Assembly (NCBI GenBank): GCA_045542235.1
Contig: JAZQKQ010000035.1
Coordinates: forward strand, 1,669 to 65,668
Direction of reading: 5' to 3'
DNA length: 64,000 bases
DNA from: Christensenellaceae bacterium
Lineage (GTDB): Bacteria; Bacillota; Clostridia; Christensenellales; Borkfalkiaceae
The notes under the pieces were generated by a model. That model searched no databases, was not told where the DNA came from, and saw only the letters and a program-made list of their open reading frames with translations. This document shows, piece by piece, positions 19,153-29,383 of the stretch. The position numbers were made by a program, and so were the translations under genes. Numbering within the stretch: position 1 is the stretch's first letter; each line of letters starts with the position of its first letter.

Positions 19153-19989
19153 TTAAAATTTAACCGTATACTTACTAACGTTTTTAAAAGTTTCGCCATC
19201 TACTTGAAGGGCGCAAGGAATAGAAAATTCAACGGTTATTTCCCTACCTTCGCAAATGGCAATTCGTTTTTTATGCTTAACGTGTTCGCCTTTGAAAATT
19301 TTTGGAAAAATAAGCAAAGTTATAAGCCTTGAAAACCCCTTGAAAACAACTTGTGAAAGGGTGGAACTTTCCAACCTATCCTGGTTAGGAGCAACCATCA
19401 TACCGCCACCGTAAAATCTTCCAAGCATGGTTGGCGCAATCCAAACGTTTTTATAAAAATAGGTTTTGCCATCGCAAACGACTTTTGCGTTTCGCTTTTT
19501 ATATTTAAACAAAAGCTGTTTAATAGCAATTGAAGTATAGTTAATTTTTTTAACCTTTTTTGCCCTTAGCTCATCGCCAACCTGACAGCACATTCCGTCG
19601 ATACCAAAGCCAACGCCGTTAATAAACTTATATTCCTTTCCGTTTACCGTAACCGTTGGCAATTTTTTCATATAAGTGTTTAGCAAAATAACCTTTTCAG
19701 GGGTTTTTCCGTAAAAAACGTCTTGAGCGAAGTCGTTACCGGTGCCGGTTGGAACGTAGAAAACGTTAGGTAAATTAGGGCTATATTCAACTTGATTAAT
19801 AAAATAAAAAATAGTTCCGTCGCCACCAACTAAATAAATTTCGTCCGTTTGAGCCACGCTTTCAATAAAATTTGAAATATCTATGGTTAATAAATCGATT
19901 AATTCACCTAAAATAGATAAATTAAACTCTTCAGCTTTAACTTTACCTTGATTATTTCCGCTTAACGGATTATACAAAACGTATTTCAT
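19153..19989 (-). CDS. diacylglycerol/lipid kinase (DagK/YegS family)
   Basis: VGGDGT and PTGTGNDFA motifs. Confidence 0.8.
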   Translation of the reverse strand: MKYVLYNPLSGNNQGKVKAEEFNLSILGELIDLLTIDISNFIESVAQTDEIYLVGGDGTIFYFINQVEYSPNLPNVFYVPTGTGNDFAQDVFYGKTPEKVILLNTYMKKLPTVTVNGKEYKFINGVGFGIDGMCCQVGDELRAKKVKKINYTSIAIKQLLFKYKKRNAKVVCDGKTYFYKNVWIAPTMLGRFYGGGMMVAPNQDRLESSTLSQVVFKGFSRLITLLIFPKIFKGEHVKHKKRIAICEGREITVEFSIPCALQVDGETFKNVSKYTVKF

Positions 19990-20191
19990 AAAATTCCCCT
20001 TAATTCTGCCTATAAGTAAGGCTGAATTTTTCGTAAAATTTAAAGGTTTATATATAAATATATACTATCACTCTACTATTTTAGCACACGAAAGTAAACT
20101 TAAAGTTAAATTTTGGTGAAAATTTAACAGCTTTATTTGACTATTTTTAAAAGTGTGTTATACTAAAATAAAATATATTAGAAGGAAACCA

Positions 20192-20875
20192 ATGTTTAAC
20201 ATTTTAATTTGTGAAGACGACTTACATATTTTACAGCTAATGAAAATTAGGCTAACCCAACAGGGCTATAAAACCTACACGGCTACCAACGGCGAAGAAG
20301 GACTTGAAATTTTTGAAAACAACCCTATCGACCTTATGATAGTCGACGTGACTATGCCTAAAATGAACGGCTTTGAGCTGGTTAAAAAGGTCCGTGCGTT
20401 AGATAGCCAAGTGCCTGCAATAATCGTTTCCGCAAGGGGAAATCTTGCCGATAAAACCCAAGGTTTTTTAGTTGGAATCGACGACTATATGGTCAAGCCC
20501 ATTGAGTTTGGCGAGCTATTGTTGAGAATTAAAGCTTTAATGCGCCGAGCAAAAATTGTTATAGAACAAAAAATTACCATTTCCAACGTGGTATTAGACT
20601 ATTCCAGCCTTTCAGTTAGCGATAACGCCGAGAGAAAAGTAGTTTTAACCAAGCGAGAATTTTCCATTTTGTTTAAACTGCTATCCTACCCTGAACGAGC
20701 TTTTACCAAAGGTCAGCTTTTCGATGAATTTTGGGGGTTTGGCTCGGCAAGTTCGGAAGATACGGTTAAGGTTTTTATCAACCGCATACGCTCAAAAATT
20801 AAAGACTTCCCCGAAATTGATATTGCAACCATTCGTGGCATTGGCTATAAAGGTATAAGAAATGAAAAAAACTAA
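20192..20875 (+). CDS. OmpR-family response regulator
   Basis: Receiver domain (ILICEDD, MIVDVTMPKMNG) and winged-helix output (TIRGIGYK). Start trimmed to ATG 20192. Confidence 0.9.
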   Translation: MFNILICEDDLHILQLMKIRLTQQGYKTYTATNGEEGLEIFENNPIDLMIVDVTMPKMNGFELVKKVRALDSQVPAIIVSARGNLADKTQGFLVGIDDYMVKPIEFGELLLRIKALMRRAKIVIEQKITISNVVLDYSSLSVSDNAERKVVLTKREFSILFKLLSYPERAFTKGQLFDEFWGFGSASSEDTVKVFINRIRSKIKDFPEIDIATIRGIGYKGIRNEKN

Positions 20876-21917
20876 ACAAAAAAACATATTTTCCACGGCA
20901 CGAATAACCCGCCTAATTTTTACAAGCTGGCTAATTTCCCTTGGAATAACCTTTTTATTAACAAGCATTTTGCAAGCCTTAGTTCCGGCTTACACCGAAA
21001 TGCACTTCGTTATTATCATTTTAATTTTCTACGCTATTAGCACCCTTATCGGCTCGCTTATCTTCTATTTTTTCACCAAGCGAACAAACGCAGTTATAGC
21101 GGAAATTAACAGCTCTATCCATAAACTTTCAACGGGAGATTTTTCAGCAAAAATCGATTTTCCACCCATCAACGACGACGTTGACCAAGTGGTTAATAAC
21201 TACAACAATATGGTGCAAGAACTTAACTCTCTCGCCATTTTAAACAACGATTTTATTTCTAACTTTTCCCACGAGTTTAAAACGCCAATCGTTTCGGTAA
21301 AAGGCTATGCCGAACTGCTTTACGAAAGCCCTAATTTAACCTTAGAGCAAAAGCAATACGCCAAAATTATTCTCGATGAAAGCAACCGACTTGCCAACCT
21401 TTCAAACAGCGCCCTAACCCTTTCAAAGTTAGATTACGCCCAAGTTGTCAACGGCAAAACCAAGTTTTATTTAGACGAAGAAATTGCCCAATGTATTTTG
21501 CTTTTCGACAACCAGCTAAACCAAAAAAATTTAACCCTTGAATGCGACATTGACAGTTTCGTAATTTTTGCCCACAAAAATTTAACCCGTGAAATTTGGA
21601 TTAATTTAATTTCAAACGCCGTTAAATATACCCCCGAAAACGGGATTATAACCATTACCGCAAAAGAGCACGGCGAATACGCTTTCGTAACGATAACCGA
21701 CTCCGGCGGTGGTATTACCCCTGAAATTGCCGATAAAATTTTTAGCAAAAACTATCGTGGCGAAAACGCAATTTCAACCGAAGGTCACGGCTTGGGACTT
21801 TCAATTACAAAACGAATAGTTGAACTTCACGGGGGAACAATCCACGCCGAAACAACTCAAAAAAAGGTTTCGCAAATCGTTGTAAAACTTCCAACCAATA
21901 ATAAAAGTGCTTACTAA
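20862..21917 (+). CDS. sensor histidine kinase
   Basis: Two N-terminal transmembrane segments, H-box FSHEFKTP, N-box NAVKYT, and G-boxes DSGGGI and GHGLGLSI. It overlaps the response regulator gene by 14 nt. Confidence 0.9.
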   Translation: MKKTKQKNIFSTARITRLIFTSWLISLGITFLLTSILQALVPAYTEMHFVIIILIFYAISTLIGSLIFYFFTKRTNAVIAEINSSIHKLSTGDFSAKIDFPPINDDVDQVVNNYNNMVQELNSLAILNNDFISNFSHEFKTPIVSVKGYAELLYESPNLTLEQKQYAKIILDESNRLANLSNSALTLSKLDYAQVVNGKTKFYLDEEIAQCILLFDNQLNQKNLTLECDIDSFVIFAHKNLTREIWINLISNAVKYTPENGIITITAKEHGEYAFVTITDSGGGITPEIADKIFSKNYRGENAISTEGHGLGLSITKRIVELHGGTIHAETTQKKVSQIVVKLPTNNKSAY

Positions 21918-21939
21918 AATGGTAAGCACTTTATTTTTT
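21906..21939 (+). terminator. rho-independent terminator of the two-component operon
   Basis: AGTGCTTAC/GTAAGCACT stem followed by a T-run. It overlaps the stop codon. Confidence 0.7.
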
Positions 21940-23209
21940 ATTGTATGCAGTTAACAACGGTTGATTGACCAATATAATCGGCAATGCCGTTAATTTTTAA
22001 AAGGTCTTCCATACTTCCGTTATAGTTTATGGTTTCAAAACTTTCAACGTCGAAAACTAAATAAACGTCCGTTATGGTTGACGGTAAACTAACGTTTTTT
22101 ACGTTATTACTATACTCAAATAGCCTTTGAGGAAGTGTTGTAATACCTTCTTCAACGACAACCGTTTCAAGCTTTGCACAGCTACTAAACGCAAACCATT
22201 CCAATTTTTTTACCGTTGACGGAATTGTTAAAGTAGTTATGGAAGTGCCTGAATAGGCGTTTGAATAGATGGTTTTAACGTTAGGCTTAATTTTAATTTC
22301 AGTAATAAGGTCGCAACCGCCGTATAAACCGCTTGGAATATAATCCATATCGGCAGGAAGTTCATATTCTTCGTTAATTCTATTACAGCTAAAAGCATAA
22401 CTTCCAATTGACGTTAAAGTTTTAGGCAAATCAAGTTTTCCAAGTTTTGCGCAACCGTTGAAAGCACATTCACCAAGAGCCGTTAATTCGTTTGAAATTT
22501 GAACGGAAGATAAATTTGTGCAATCGGAAAAAGCGTTATCGCTAATAGTTAATAAACTGTTTGGCAAAACGACCCTTTTAAGATTATAGCAACTTTCACA
22601 CATAGCGAATCCAATGGAAGTTAATCCTTCGGAAAAAACTAACTCTTTTACGTTCGTTCTTGAAAACGCCCTACCTTCAACGACCTTTAGTGATGAAGGC
22701 ATATTTATATTAGTTAATTTTTTGCACCTGTCAAAAGCCCCGTATTTAATAATTTCAACTGTATTTGGTAAAACCACGTGTTCAAGGCTCTTTTGCTCGT
22801 AAAACCCTTCTTCTTCAACGCCTTTTACAACGTATCCATCAAGAGTTTCGGGAACGATAATGGTGTCTAAATCGTTTTTAGCTTTAATTTTAACGAGACA
22901 ACCGCCTTGATATAAGCTTGCAACACCCAAAACGTTTTTACTTTGCAAGCAAATTAGCTCGTAAGAAGATAAAGCCGAGCTTTTACTAACCGATTGAGAT
23001 TGGCTTTGGGTTGATTTTTCTAAACCGCTATGGCTAACGCCACTTACGCTCCTTTGAATTTCGGCGCTGGTTAACCCACTTTTATCGTTAGAACCACTTT
23101 TACTGTTTTCTAAAATAATATTAAAGTTAGAAAGGTCGCAACCCACCACAGTCACTAAAAGAATAACCAAACAAAAAAGAGATAAAACTTTTTTAACAAA
23201 ACTTTTCAT
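21938..23209 (-). CDS. lipoprotein with BspA-type leucine-rich repeats
   Basis: Lipobox VVGC. Repeated ..AF..C..L..I.LP..L..IG..AF units are present. Confidence 0.7.
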   Translation of the reverse strand: MKSFVKKVLSLFCLVILLVTVVGCDLSNFNIILENSKSGSNDKSGLTSAEIQRSVSGVSHSGLEKSTQSQSQSVSKSSALSSYELICLQSKNVLGVASLYQGGCLVKIKAKNDLDTIIVPETLDGYVVKGVEEEGFYEQKSLEHVVLPNTVEIIKYGAFDRCKKLTNINMPSSLKVVEGRAFSRTNVKELVFSEGLTSIGFAMCESCYNLKRVVLPNSLLTISDNAFSDCTNLSSVQISNELTALGECAFNGCAKLGKLDLPKTLTSIGSYAFSCNRINEEYELPADMDYIPSGLYGGCDLITEIKIKPNVKTIYSNAYSGTSITTLTIPSTVKKLEWFAFSSCAKLETVVVEEGITTLPQRLFEYSNNVKNVSLPSTITDVYLVFDVESFETINYNGSMEDLLKINGIADYIGQSTVVNCIQ

Positions 23210-23249
23210 TTTTTAACCTTAAATAAATTAGGCAAACAATTTTAAAAAA

Positions 23250-24230
23250 TTATTCCCATTCAATAGTTCCGCTTGGCTTTGGAGTTAAATCGAATAAAAC
23301 TCTGTTAACGTTTGCCACTTCGCTGGTGATGCGGGCGGTAATTTTTTCTAAAATTTCATAAGGAACACGCTCGATGGTAGCGGTCATTGCGTCAACCGTG
23401 TTAACAGCACGAATAATAACCGGATAAGCGTAAGTTCTTTGGTCGTTGCAAACGCCAACCGACTTAAAGTCAGGCACGGCGGTAAAATATTGCCAAACCT
23501 TGCCGTCTAATCCAGCTTTTGCAAACTCTTCACGCAAAATTGCATCGCTTTCACGAACGGCTTCAAGGCGATCACGAGTGATTGCGCCAAGGCATCTAAC
23601 CCCAAGACCTGGGCCTGGGAATGGTTGACGATAAACCATTTCGTAAGGAAGACCGAGAGCGTCGCCTACCATTCTAACTTCATCTTTATAAAGGAATTTT
23701 AGCGGTTCGATAAGCTTAAATTGTAAATCTTCAGGAAGACCGCCAACGTTGTGGTGAGCTTTAACCCCACCGCTTTCTAAAATGTCAGGATAAATTGTGC
23801 CTTGAGCTAAAAATTCAATGCCTTGTTGTTTTCTTGCTTCTTCTTCAAAAACACGAATGAATTCAGCGCCGATAATTTTACGTTTTTGTTCAGGCTCGCT
23901 AATACCTTCAAGTTTTGAAAGGAAGCGGTCGATAGCGTCAACGTAAACGAGATTAGCCTTCATTTGGTTTTGAAAAACTTCAACAACCTGTTCAGGCTCG
24001 CCTTTTCTAAGTAAGCCGTGATTTACGTGAACGCAAACCAAATTAGTTCCAATGGCTTTAATTAAAAGACCGGCAACAACCGAGCTATCAACACCGCCGG
24101 AAAGGGCTAAAAGCACCTTTTTATTGCCAACGACGTTTTTAATTTCGGCAATTTGTTCATCGATAAACTTGTTTGCAAGCTCCAAAGTGTTAATTCGAGC
24201 CATAGTTTGAGGGCGAACGTTGTTTTCCAT
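23250..24230 (-). CDS. guaA: GMP synthase ATP-pyrophosphatase/dimerisation domains only (no glutamine amidotransferase domain)
   Basis: [13 protein letters not shown]-loop and C-terminal ...KPSGTIEWE. The protein starts about 40 aa before the PP-loop. Start trimmed to ATG 24230, which follows GGGAGG. Confidence 0.85.
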   Translation of the reverse strand: MENNVRPQTMARINTLELANKFIDEQIAEIKNVVGNKKVLLALSGGVDSSVVAGLLIKAIGTNLVCVHVNHGLLRKGEPEQVVEVFQNQMKANLVYVDAIDRFLSKLEGISEPEQKRKIIGAEFIRVFEEEARKQQGIEFLAQGTIYPDILESGGVKAHHNVGGLPEDLQFKLIEPLKFLYKDEVRMVGDALGLPYEMVYRQPFPGPGLGVRCLGAITRDRLEAVRESDAILREEFAKAGLDGKVWQYFTAVPDFKSVGVCNDQRTYAYPVIIRAVNTVDAMTATIERVPYEILEKITARITSEVANVNRVLFDLTPKPSGTIEWE

Positions 24231-24424
24231 AAAATAACCTCCCGATAATGTGAAAAAAATCACATAGAATAATTAATATAATAAGTTTGCCTTAAAGGTA
24301 AAAATTTGTCAATTAATTTTATAAAAAAATGTTAAAAGAACGAAAAATTTTTATTAAAAATAATTGACTGTTAACCTTTGGTTAATATACAATTAAAACA
24401 TAAAACTCAAACGAGGTATTTACT

Positions 24425-25255
24425 ATGGATGGATTTAACGAGTTGTTTTCAAAAATCGGTAATTTTTTCGTTACCAATTGGATAAACCTTGTGGGTGCAA
24501 TAGCCCTACTTATAATTGGCGGTGTAATTATAACCCTAATTTGCAAACTTCTTTTAAAAATAATTTATTCAAGCAAAGTTGACAACGCAAGCGGCGGATT
24601 TTTCGTAACGCTGATAAAAATAATTCTTTGGATTGGCTTAATTTTCGGTTGTGCCGGCATTTTAGGCATTAACGGAAACAGCTTTTTAGTTGCCTTTTCT
24701 TCCGTTGCTCTCGCCATTGGCTTAGCTTTAAAAGACAGCCTTGCCAACATTGCCAACGGCATTATTATAGTGGTTATTAAGCCTTTTAAAAAGGGCGACT
24801 ACATTCAAGCGGGGGGCGTGGAAGGCACGGTTAAAAAGATTTCCATTTTAACGACCGAATTAGCAACCGCCGACAATAAGAGAGTGGTATTACCAAATAG
24901 CAACGTGACCACCGGCAACGTTATTAACTTTTCGGCAAACCCAACCCGACGAATAGACTTAACATATTCCGTAAGCTACAACGCCAATATGAGCGAAGTT
25001 AAAGAAGTTTTATTCAATACCGTTTCAAACTATAACTACACTCTTTCAAGCCCAACACCTATTATTTATATGGAAAAACACAACGCTTCAAGCATTGATT
25101 TTAAAGTGCGTTTTTGGGTTAATAACAGCGATTATTGGAACGCATATTTTGGATTAAACGAAAAGGTGTTTGAAGCTTTTAAAGAGAAAAACATTGAAAT
25201 TCCTTACAATCAACTCGACGTGCATATTACTCAAATAAATGGTGACCAACAATGA
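24425..25255 (+). CDS. small-conductance mechanosensitive channel (MscS family)
   Basis: Three transmembrane segments, a pore helix G/A-rich segment, and a beta-domain (KPFKKGDYI..G.VEGTV). Confidence 0.85.
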   Translation: MDGFNELFSKIGNFFVTNWINLVGAIALLIIGGVIITLICKLLLKIIYSSKVDNASGGFFVTLIKIILWIGLIFGCAGILGINGNSFLVAFSSVALAIGLALKDSLANIANGIIIVVIKPFKKGDYIQAGGVEGTVKKISILTTELATADNKRVVLPNSNVTTGNVINFSANPTRRIDLTYSVSYNANMSEVKEVLFNTVSNYNYTLSSPTPIIYMEKHNASSIDFKVRFWVNNSDYWNAYFGLNEKVFEAFKEKNIEIPYNQLDVHITQINGDQQ

Positions 25256-28200
25256 AAAACCGTGTTATAGCCCTACTTTGTGCTCTTTTTTTAGCAACAA
25301 CTGCCCTGGCTTTTATTTCAAAAATAAACACAAAGCCAGTAAACGTTGCCCTTGGCGTTGACTATTCAATTCCAATTGCAAACCGCACTCAAAAACCTTA
25401 TAAATCTAAACTGCCCGACAGCTGGTATAACCCAAGCGAATTTTACGGATGTAGTCAAAACTCATTTACCAACAACGCTACTGCCGGCATCGACTTAATT
25501 TCAACCGATGGGCAAGTTAACTATGCAAACCAAGAAATTTTAGCCCTTGAAATGGGAACTTCCGTTGAATTTTACCTTGAAGTGGGAGCGTCAAACTACC
25601 CTTACACTCTTCTTTCCAACGGCATCAACTATTACTACGCTAACTATTCAACGATTTTTTCTTCCACCGTCAGTCTAAACTATAACGGAACAACCCATAA
25701 CTTATACGATAGTTCGGTTAGTCCAACCTTTGACAATCAGGTTTTTATAGACGACCTTAAAAACGCAAACAAAATTGCGTTTCTAACCTATAACAATGCA
25801 ACCAGTTCCTACGACTATGAAAACATGACCGCTAACGGCGATTATAGATTAATGAAATTCACCATAACCGCCAATGAAGTGGGAACTGACGTTTTAGAAA
25901 TTGCTTTCGGCGACTATCAATACGTTTACGGCTCGGTTAAGCTTTTAATTAACGTTTACCAAACCAACGGCATTGGAAAAATTGCCACCAATCAAATTCA
26001 AGCTTACACCGATTTTAACCTATACGACCCTACTACAAACTATTCCTTTTCAAAAGCGGAACAATATTATAAAGGCAGTTTAAACGGTCAAGTTTTATAT
26101 TTTCCACAAAACGCAACCTTTTATTTATCAAAATATTGCACGCCTTACGTTGACGATAACTCGATTTATCAATTCACAGACTTGTCGGGCGGAAGCTATA
26201 TTGAATTAATCGACGTCACCACAGACAGCGATCTATTAATTAATAAAAACGTTTACGGCGACTATAATTTAATACCGCAAAAAGCCGGCGCTTATGAAAT
26301 AACTTGCAGTTCAACTTTCAATTTAACTTACCAAAACTATAACGATAGTAGCTCGGTTTACCAAAAGAATTTTTTAAATACTTTTACTTTAATTTTCTAC
26401 ACCGACCTTTCGCTAATTCCTCAAAACGAAATTTTAAACGAAAGCAAGGAAATTTGCTATCCAACCGACTACGAAATTAATTTTAGCTTAAACTTACCAA
26501 CCGACGTTTTTTCCGTTAATTACTTCGTTGATAACGAAAGCGTGACAACCAAATTTTTTACCGAACCACAAAAGGGAACTTTTAAGGCGGAAACTAAAAA
26601 CCTTTTATACTTTAATTCGGCGAAAAATGCAATAACCGAATACGTTAATAATTCTGCTTCAACTTATAGAGCCAACGTTGAAAAAACCGGGCTTTACGAT
26701 GAAACGACCGTCAATAGCATGGTTAACGACTATAAAATTAACTTAGAAGATGAAATGCTTCCTTACGCCGAAGAGAAATATTTCCCTACCCTTACCACAC
26801 AGTATTCCTATGAAGTAGTTGAAAACGAAACGCTTTTACCAACCCTTCAATTAAACCTTGACGGCGAAAAAACAACTTCAACTTTTTCAATCGATCTATC
26901 TAAATATTCCATTAACCAAACGGAAACAGCCCTACTTAGCGACCTTACTTTAGTTAACGATTCGCCCCTTTTAACCATTGAAAACTACGATAAAATTAGC
27001 CAAATTGCCAAGGTCGAATTATACACTAATAGCAACGATATCTATTTTAGAAACGGCTCAATTTATTTCAGCGACTACGCAGTTGGCTCAAATCAGTTGT
27101 TGCTTGTTGCCGACTATGGTAAATATGGAAGCAAAAAATCTAACTTCACCGTCAACTTAACCGATAGCTCAATTGACTATTTCGTTAGCGACACAAGTTT
27201 TCAAGTGACCCAAGGTCAAAGCGTGACCATTCCAATTTCCTGCTCCCGCCAAGACTTTGACAACACGGAAACTACATTTGAAGTTTCCTCTAAATTCGGC
27301 TACGTAACTTACACTCAAAACGGACAATCAATTATTTTAAACGGCGTTGATTTAGGCGTTGATTACCTTACCCTTTCGGTTATGAACAACGGCGTTGAAC
27401 TTAAAAAAATTAATTTTAGCGTTATCGTTTTAGCAAAGGAAAATCTTGAAGATTTAAGCGTAGGCTTCGAGCAAGGCAGTCACGTTAAAATTTATTTAAC
27501 CGATTTAACCAATCACGTTAATTTAACCGTGGCAAACCACCCTAAAGCGGAAAATTTAAACTATAATTTCCTATGCCTAAACACCGCAATTTTACAGGTG
27601 CAAAAAACCGGTGATAAAACTGCCGTTCTAACGGCAAAAGCCCAAGGAAAAACCACCGTTTTAGCCTTTTGCCAATTAGCTGACGGAACAAGCGTTAACG
27701 CAATGTGTGAAGTGACCATTTTCACCGAAAAACCTTCTTGCGATATCACTTTTAAAAACTCATCCGACTCGGCTTTTACCGTTTACGACCAGATTACCTG
27801 CTCAATTAACACCAACGGGTTTATGCTTTCAAATAACGTGGAAACAAATTGGTATATCGACGGAGTAAAGGTGGATAACACAGCCTTACCGCCAAGCGAT
27901 AGCCAACAAATTTCCCCTAACGGTCAATCGTTAATTACCAAGCTAACCAAGGGCGAACACCTTATTAAGGTGGAAGTTTTTGACAAAGATTATCAACTTA
28001 ACCTTTCTTGCGAAAAACAAATTTATATTTCGGAAGTCTTTGAAAAATCCCACGAGCTATCCTTTAAAGAAAGCTCTATCGACCTTGTTTACACCGGCGA
28101 TAAAAACGACATTTACGTTACCAATATTTATCTTGATAACGTTTTAAACGGCAACCAAACTTACAGTTGGTCACTCGACGATAATTCAATTTGTCAAATT

Positions 28201-29193
28201 ATGAATAGTGGCGAAAAATTCTCCATTGAGCCTTTAAAAGCAGGCGAAACCACCCTTCACGTTTTCACCACCGTTGGCGAAATTAACAAACGCACTATTC
28301 GCTGTCAACTTAAAATTAACGTTGAAGAAATTAAAGAAATTGCTTTCACCGCTAACAATAAGTTCCCAAAACCGGGCGAAACGGTTAAAATTGAATTAAT
28401 TGTAAACGGCAAAAACACCTTTAAAAACCTTAACCTACCAATTGAAGTTTCCTTCCGTGACCAAACTAATCAAACGGTTATTGATAAAACGGCAAACCAA
28501 ATTACCTTGGTTAACGCATTTAGCGACGTTTACTCTATTTCCACTACCTACGGCGAACTATCCGCAAATTACAGTTTAACCGTTTCCAGTTTTAATTTAA
28601 GGGAAATTTTAGAAAAAGCGCTACCAATTTTGATTTTTGTTGCAATTATTGCAATAGTTTTATTGGTTTTATTCACCAAGAAAAACAATCCTTTCGCCAA
28701 CGTTACTAAACGAATTGATAAACTTGAAAAACAAATTGATAGCTCTATTTTACAACTTAAATCGGCTAATACCGAAGATAAAATTTTAAAGGAACTTAAA
28801 CTTGTTAACTCTCAATGTGGAAAACTTTTAGCTTCTTCCACCTACTATTTAAACGAAGGTCACGACCAGCTTAGTCCACTTTGTCAACAAATTTTAACCC
28901 TTAAAAAAATAACTTTTGCCCTTTGCAATTCTAAGTGCTTAAACAGCGAAAAAACCATTGCCGTTTTAAACAAAATTAAAGAAAATCAGTTTAACGAAAT
29001 TCAAGCGACCATGGTTGAAATTAAGCTTTCTTATGAAAAATATCTCGAAGAGGCAACCAACAAAGAAAAAGCCGAACTTTTAGCCGAAAAACAGGCTAAA
29101 CAAAAAAAGAAAGCCTTAACCAAAGAAGAACTTAAACAAGAAAATTACTCTTACCTACTAAACAAAGGCTTCTTCGACGACGAAGGCGAATAA
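25252..29193 (+). CDS. 1313-aa type-I membrane surface protein with Ig-like (Big_2-like) repeats and a cytoplasmic coiled-coil tail
   Basis: N-terminal signal or anchor. Big_2-like segments (TAVLTAKAQGKTTVLAF, GETTLHVFTT). A transmembrane helix lies near aa 1095, followed by a K/E-rich tail. The start ATGA overlaps the mscS stop. Confidence 0.5.
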   Translation: MKNRVIALLCALFLATTALAFISKINTKPVNVALGVDYSIPIANRTQKPYKSKLPDSWYNPSEFYGCSQNSFTNNATAGIDLISTDGQVNYANQEILALEMGTSVEFYLEVGASNYPYTLLSNGINYYYANYSTIFSSTVSLNYNGTTHNLYDSSVSPTFDNQVFIDDLKNANKIAFLTYNNATSSYDYENMTANGDYRLMKFTITANEVGTDVLEIAFGDYQYVYGSVKLLINVYQTNGIGKIATNQIQAYTDFNLYDPTTNYSFSKAEQYYKGSLNGQVLYFPQNATFYLSKYCTPYVDDNSIYQFTDLSGGSYIELIDVTTDSDLLINKNVYGDYNLIPQKAGAYEITCSSTFNLTYQNYNDSSSVYQKNFLNTFTLIFYTDLSLIPQNEILNESKEICYPTDYEINFSLNLPTDVFSVNYFVDNESVTTKFFTEPQKGTFKAETKNLLYFNSAKNAITEYVNNSASTYRANVEKTGLYDETTVNSMVNDYKINLEDEMLPYAEEKYFPTLTTQYSYEVVENETLLPTLQLNLDGEKTTSTFSIDLSKYSINQTETALLSDLTLVNDSPLLTIENYDKISQIAKVELYTNSNDIYFRNGSIYFSDYAVGSNQLLLVADYGKYGSKKSNFTVNLTDSSIDYFVSDTSFQVTQGQSVTIPISCSRQDFDNTETTFEVSSKFGYVTYTQNGQSIILNGVDLGVDYLTLSVMNNGVELKKINFSVIVLAKENLEDLSVGFEQGSHVKIYLTDLTNHVNLTVANHPKAENLNYNFLCLNTAILQVQKTGDKTAVLTAKAQGKTTVLAFCQLADGTSVNAMCEVTIFTEKPSCDITFKNSSDSAFTVYDQITCSINTNGFMLSNNVETNWYIDGVKVDNTALPPSDSQQISPNGQSLITKLTKGEHLIKVEVFDKDYQLNLSCEKQIYISEVFEKSHELSFKESSIDLVYTGDKNDIYVTNIYLDNVLNGNQTYSWSLDDNSICQIMNSGEKFSIEPLKAGETTLHVFTTVGEINKRTIRCQLKINVEEIKEIAFTANNKFPKPGETVKIELIVNGKNTFKNLNLPIEVSFRDQTNQTVIDKTANQITLVNAFSDVYSISTTYGELSANYSLTVSSFNLREILEKALPILIFVAIIAIVLLVLFTKKNNPFANVTKRIDKLEKQIDSSILQLKSANTEDKILKELKLVNSQCGKLLASSTYYLNEGHDQLSPLCQQILTLKKITFALCNSKCLNSEKTIAVLNKIKENQFNEIQATMVEIKLSYEKYLEEATNKEKAELLAEKQAKQKKKALTKEELKQENYSYLLNKGFFDDEGE

Positions 29194-29199
29194 ATTAAA

Positions 29200-29245
29200 A
29201 GCGCACTGCTATTAAAGTTATAACGGCGGTGCGCTAATTTTTTTC
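29200..29245 (+). terminator. rho-independent terminator
   Basis: AGCGCAC..GTGCGCT stem followed by a T7 run. Confidence 0.6.
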
Positions 29246-29322
29246 TTAAAAACTTTGATAAAGTTTTATTTAACCTAAAACGGACTTAATAATATAAAAA
29301 AAATGCTTTTTGTTTTTAAATA

Positions 29323-29351
29323 TTGACATTAAAAAAATTGTGTGATAAAAT
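29323..29351 (+). promoter_or_regulatory. promoter of the acidic-repeat gene
   Basis: TTGACA, 17-nt spacer, TGTGATAAAAT. Confidence 0.65.
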
Positions 29352-29383
29352 TATTTTGTATTGAAAAATATAAAGGGGATATT

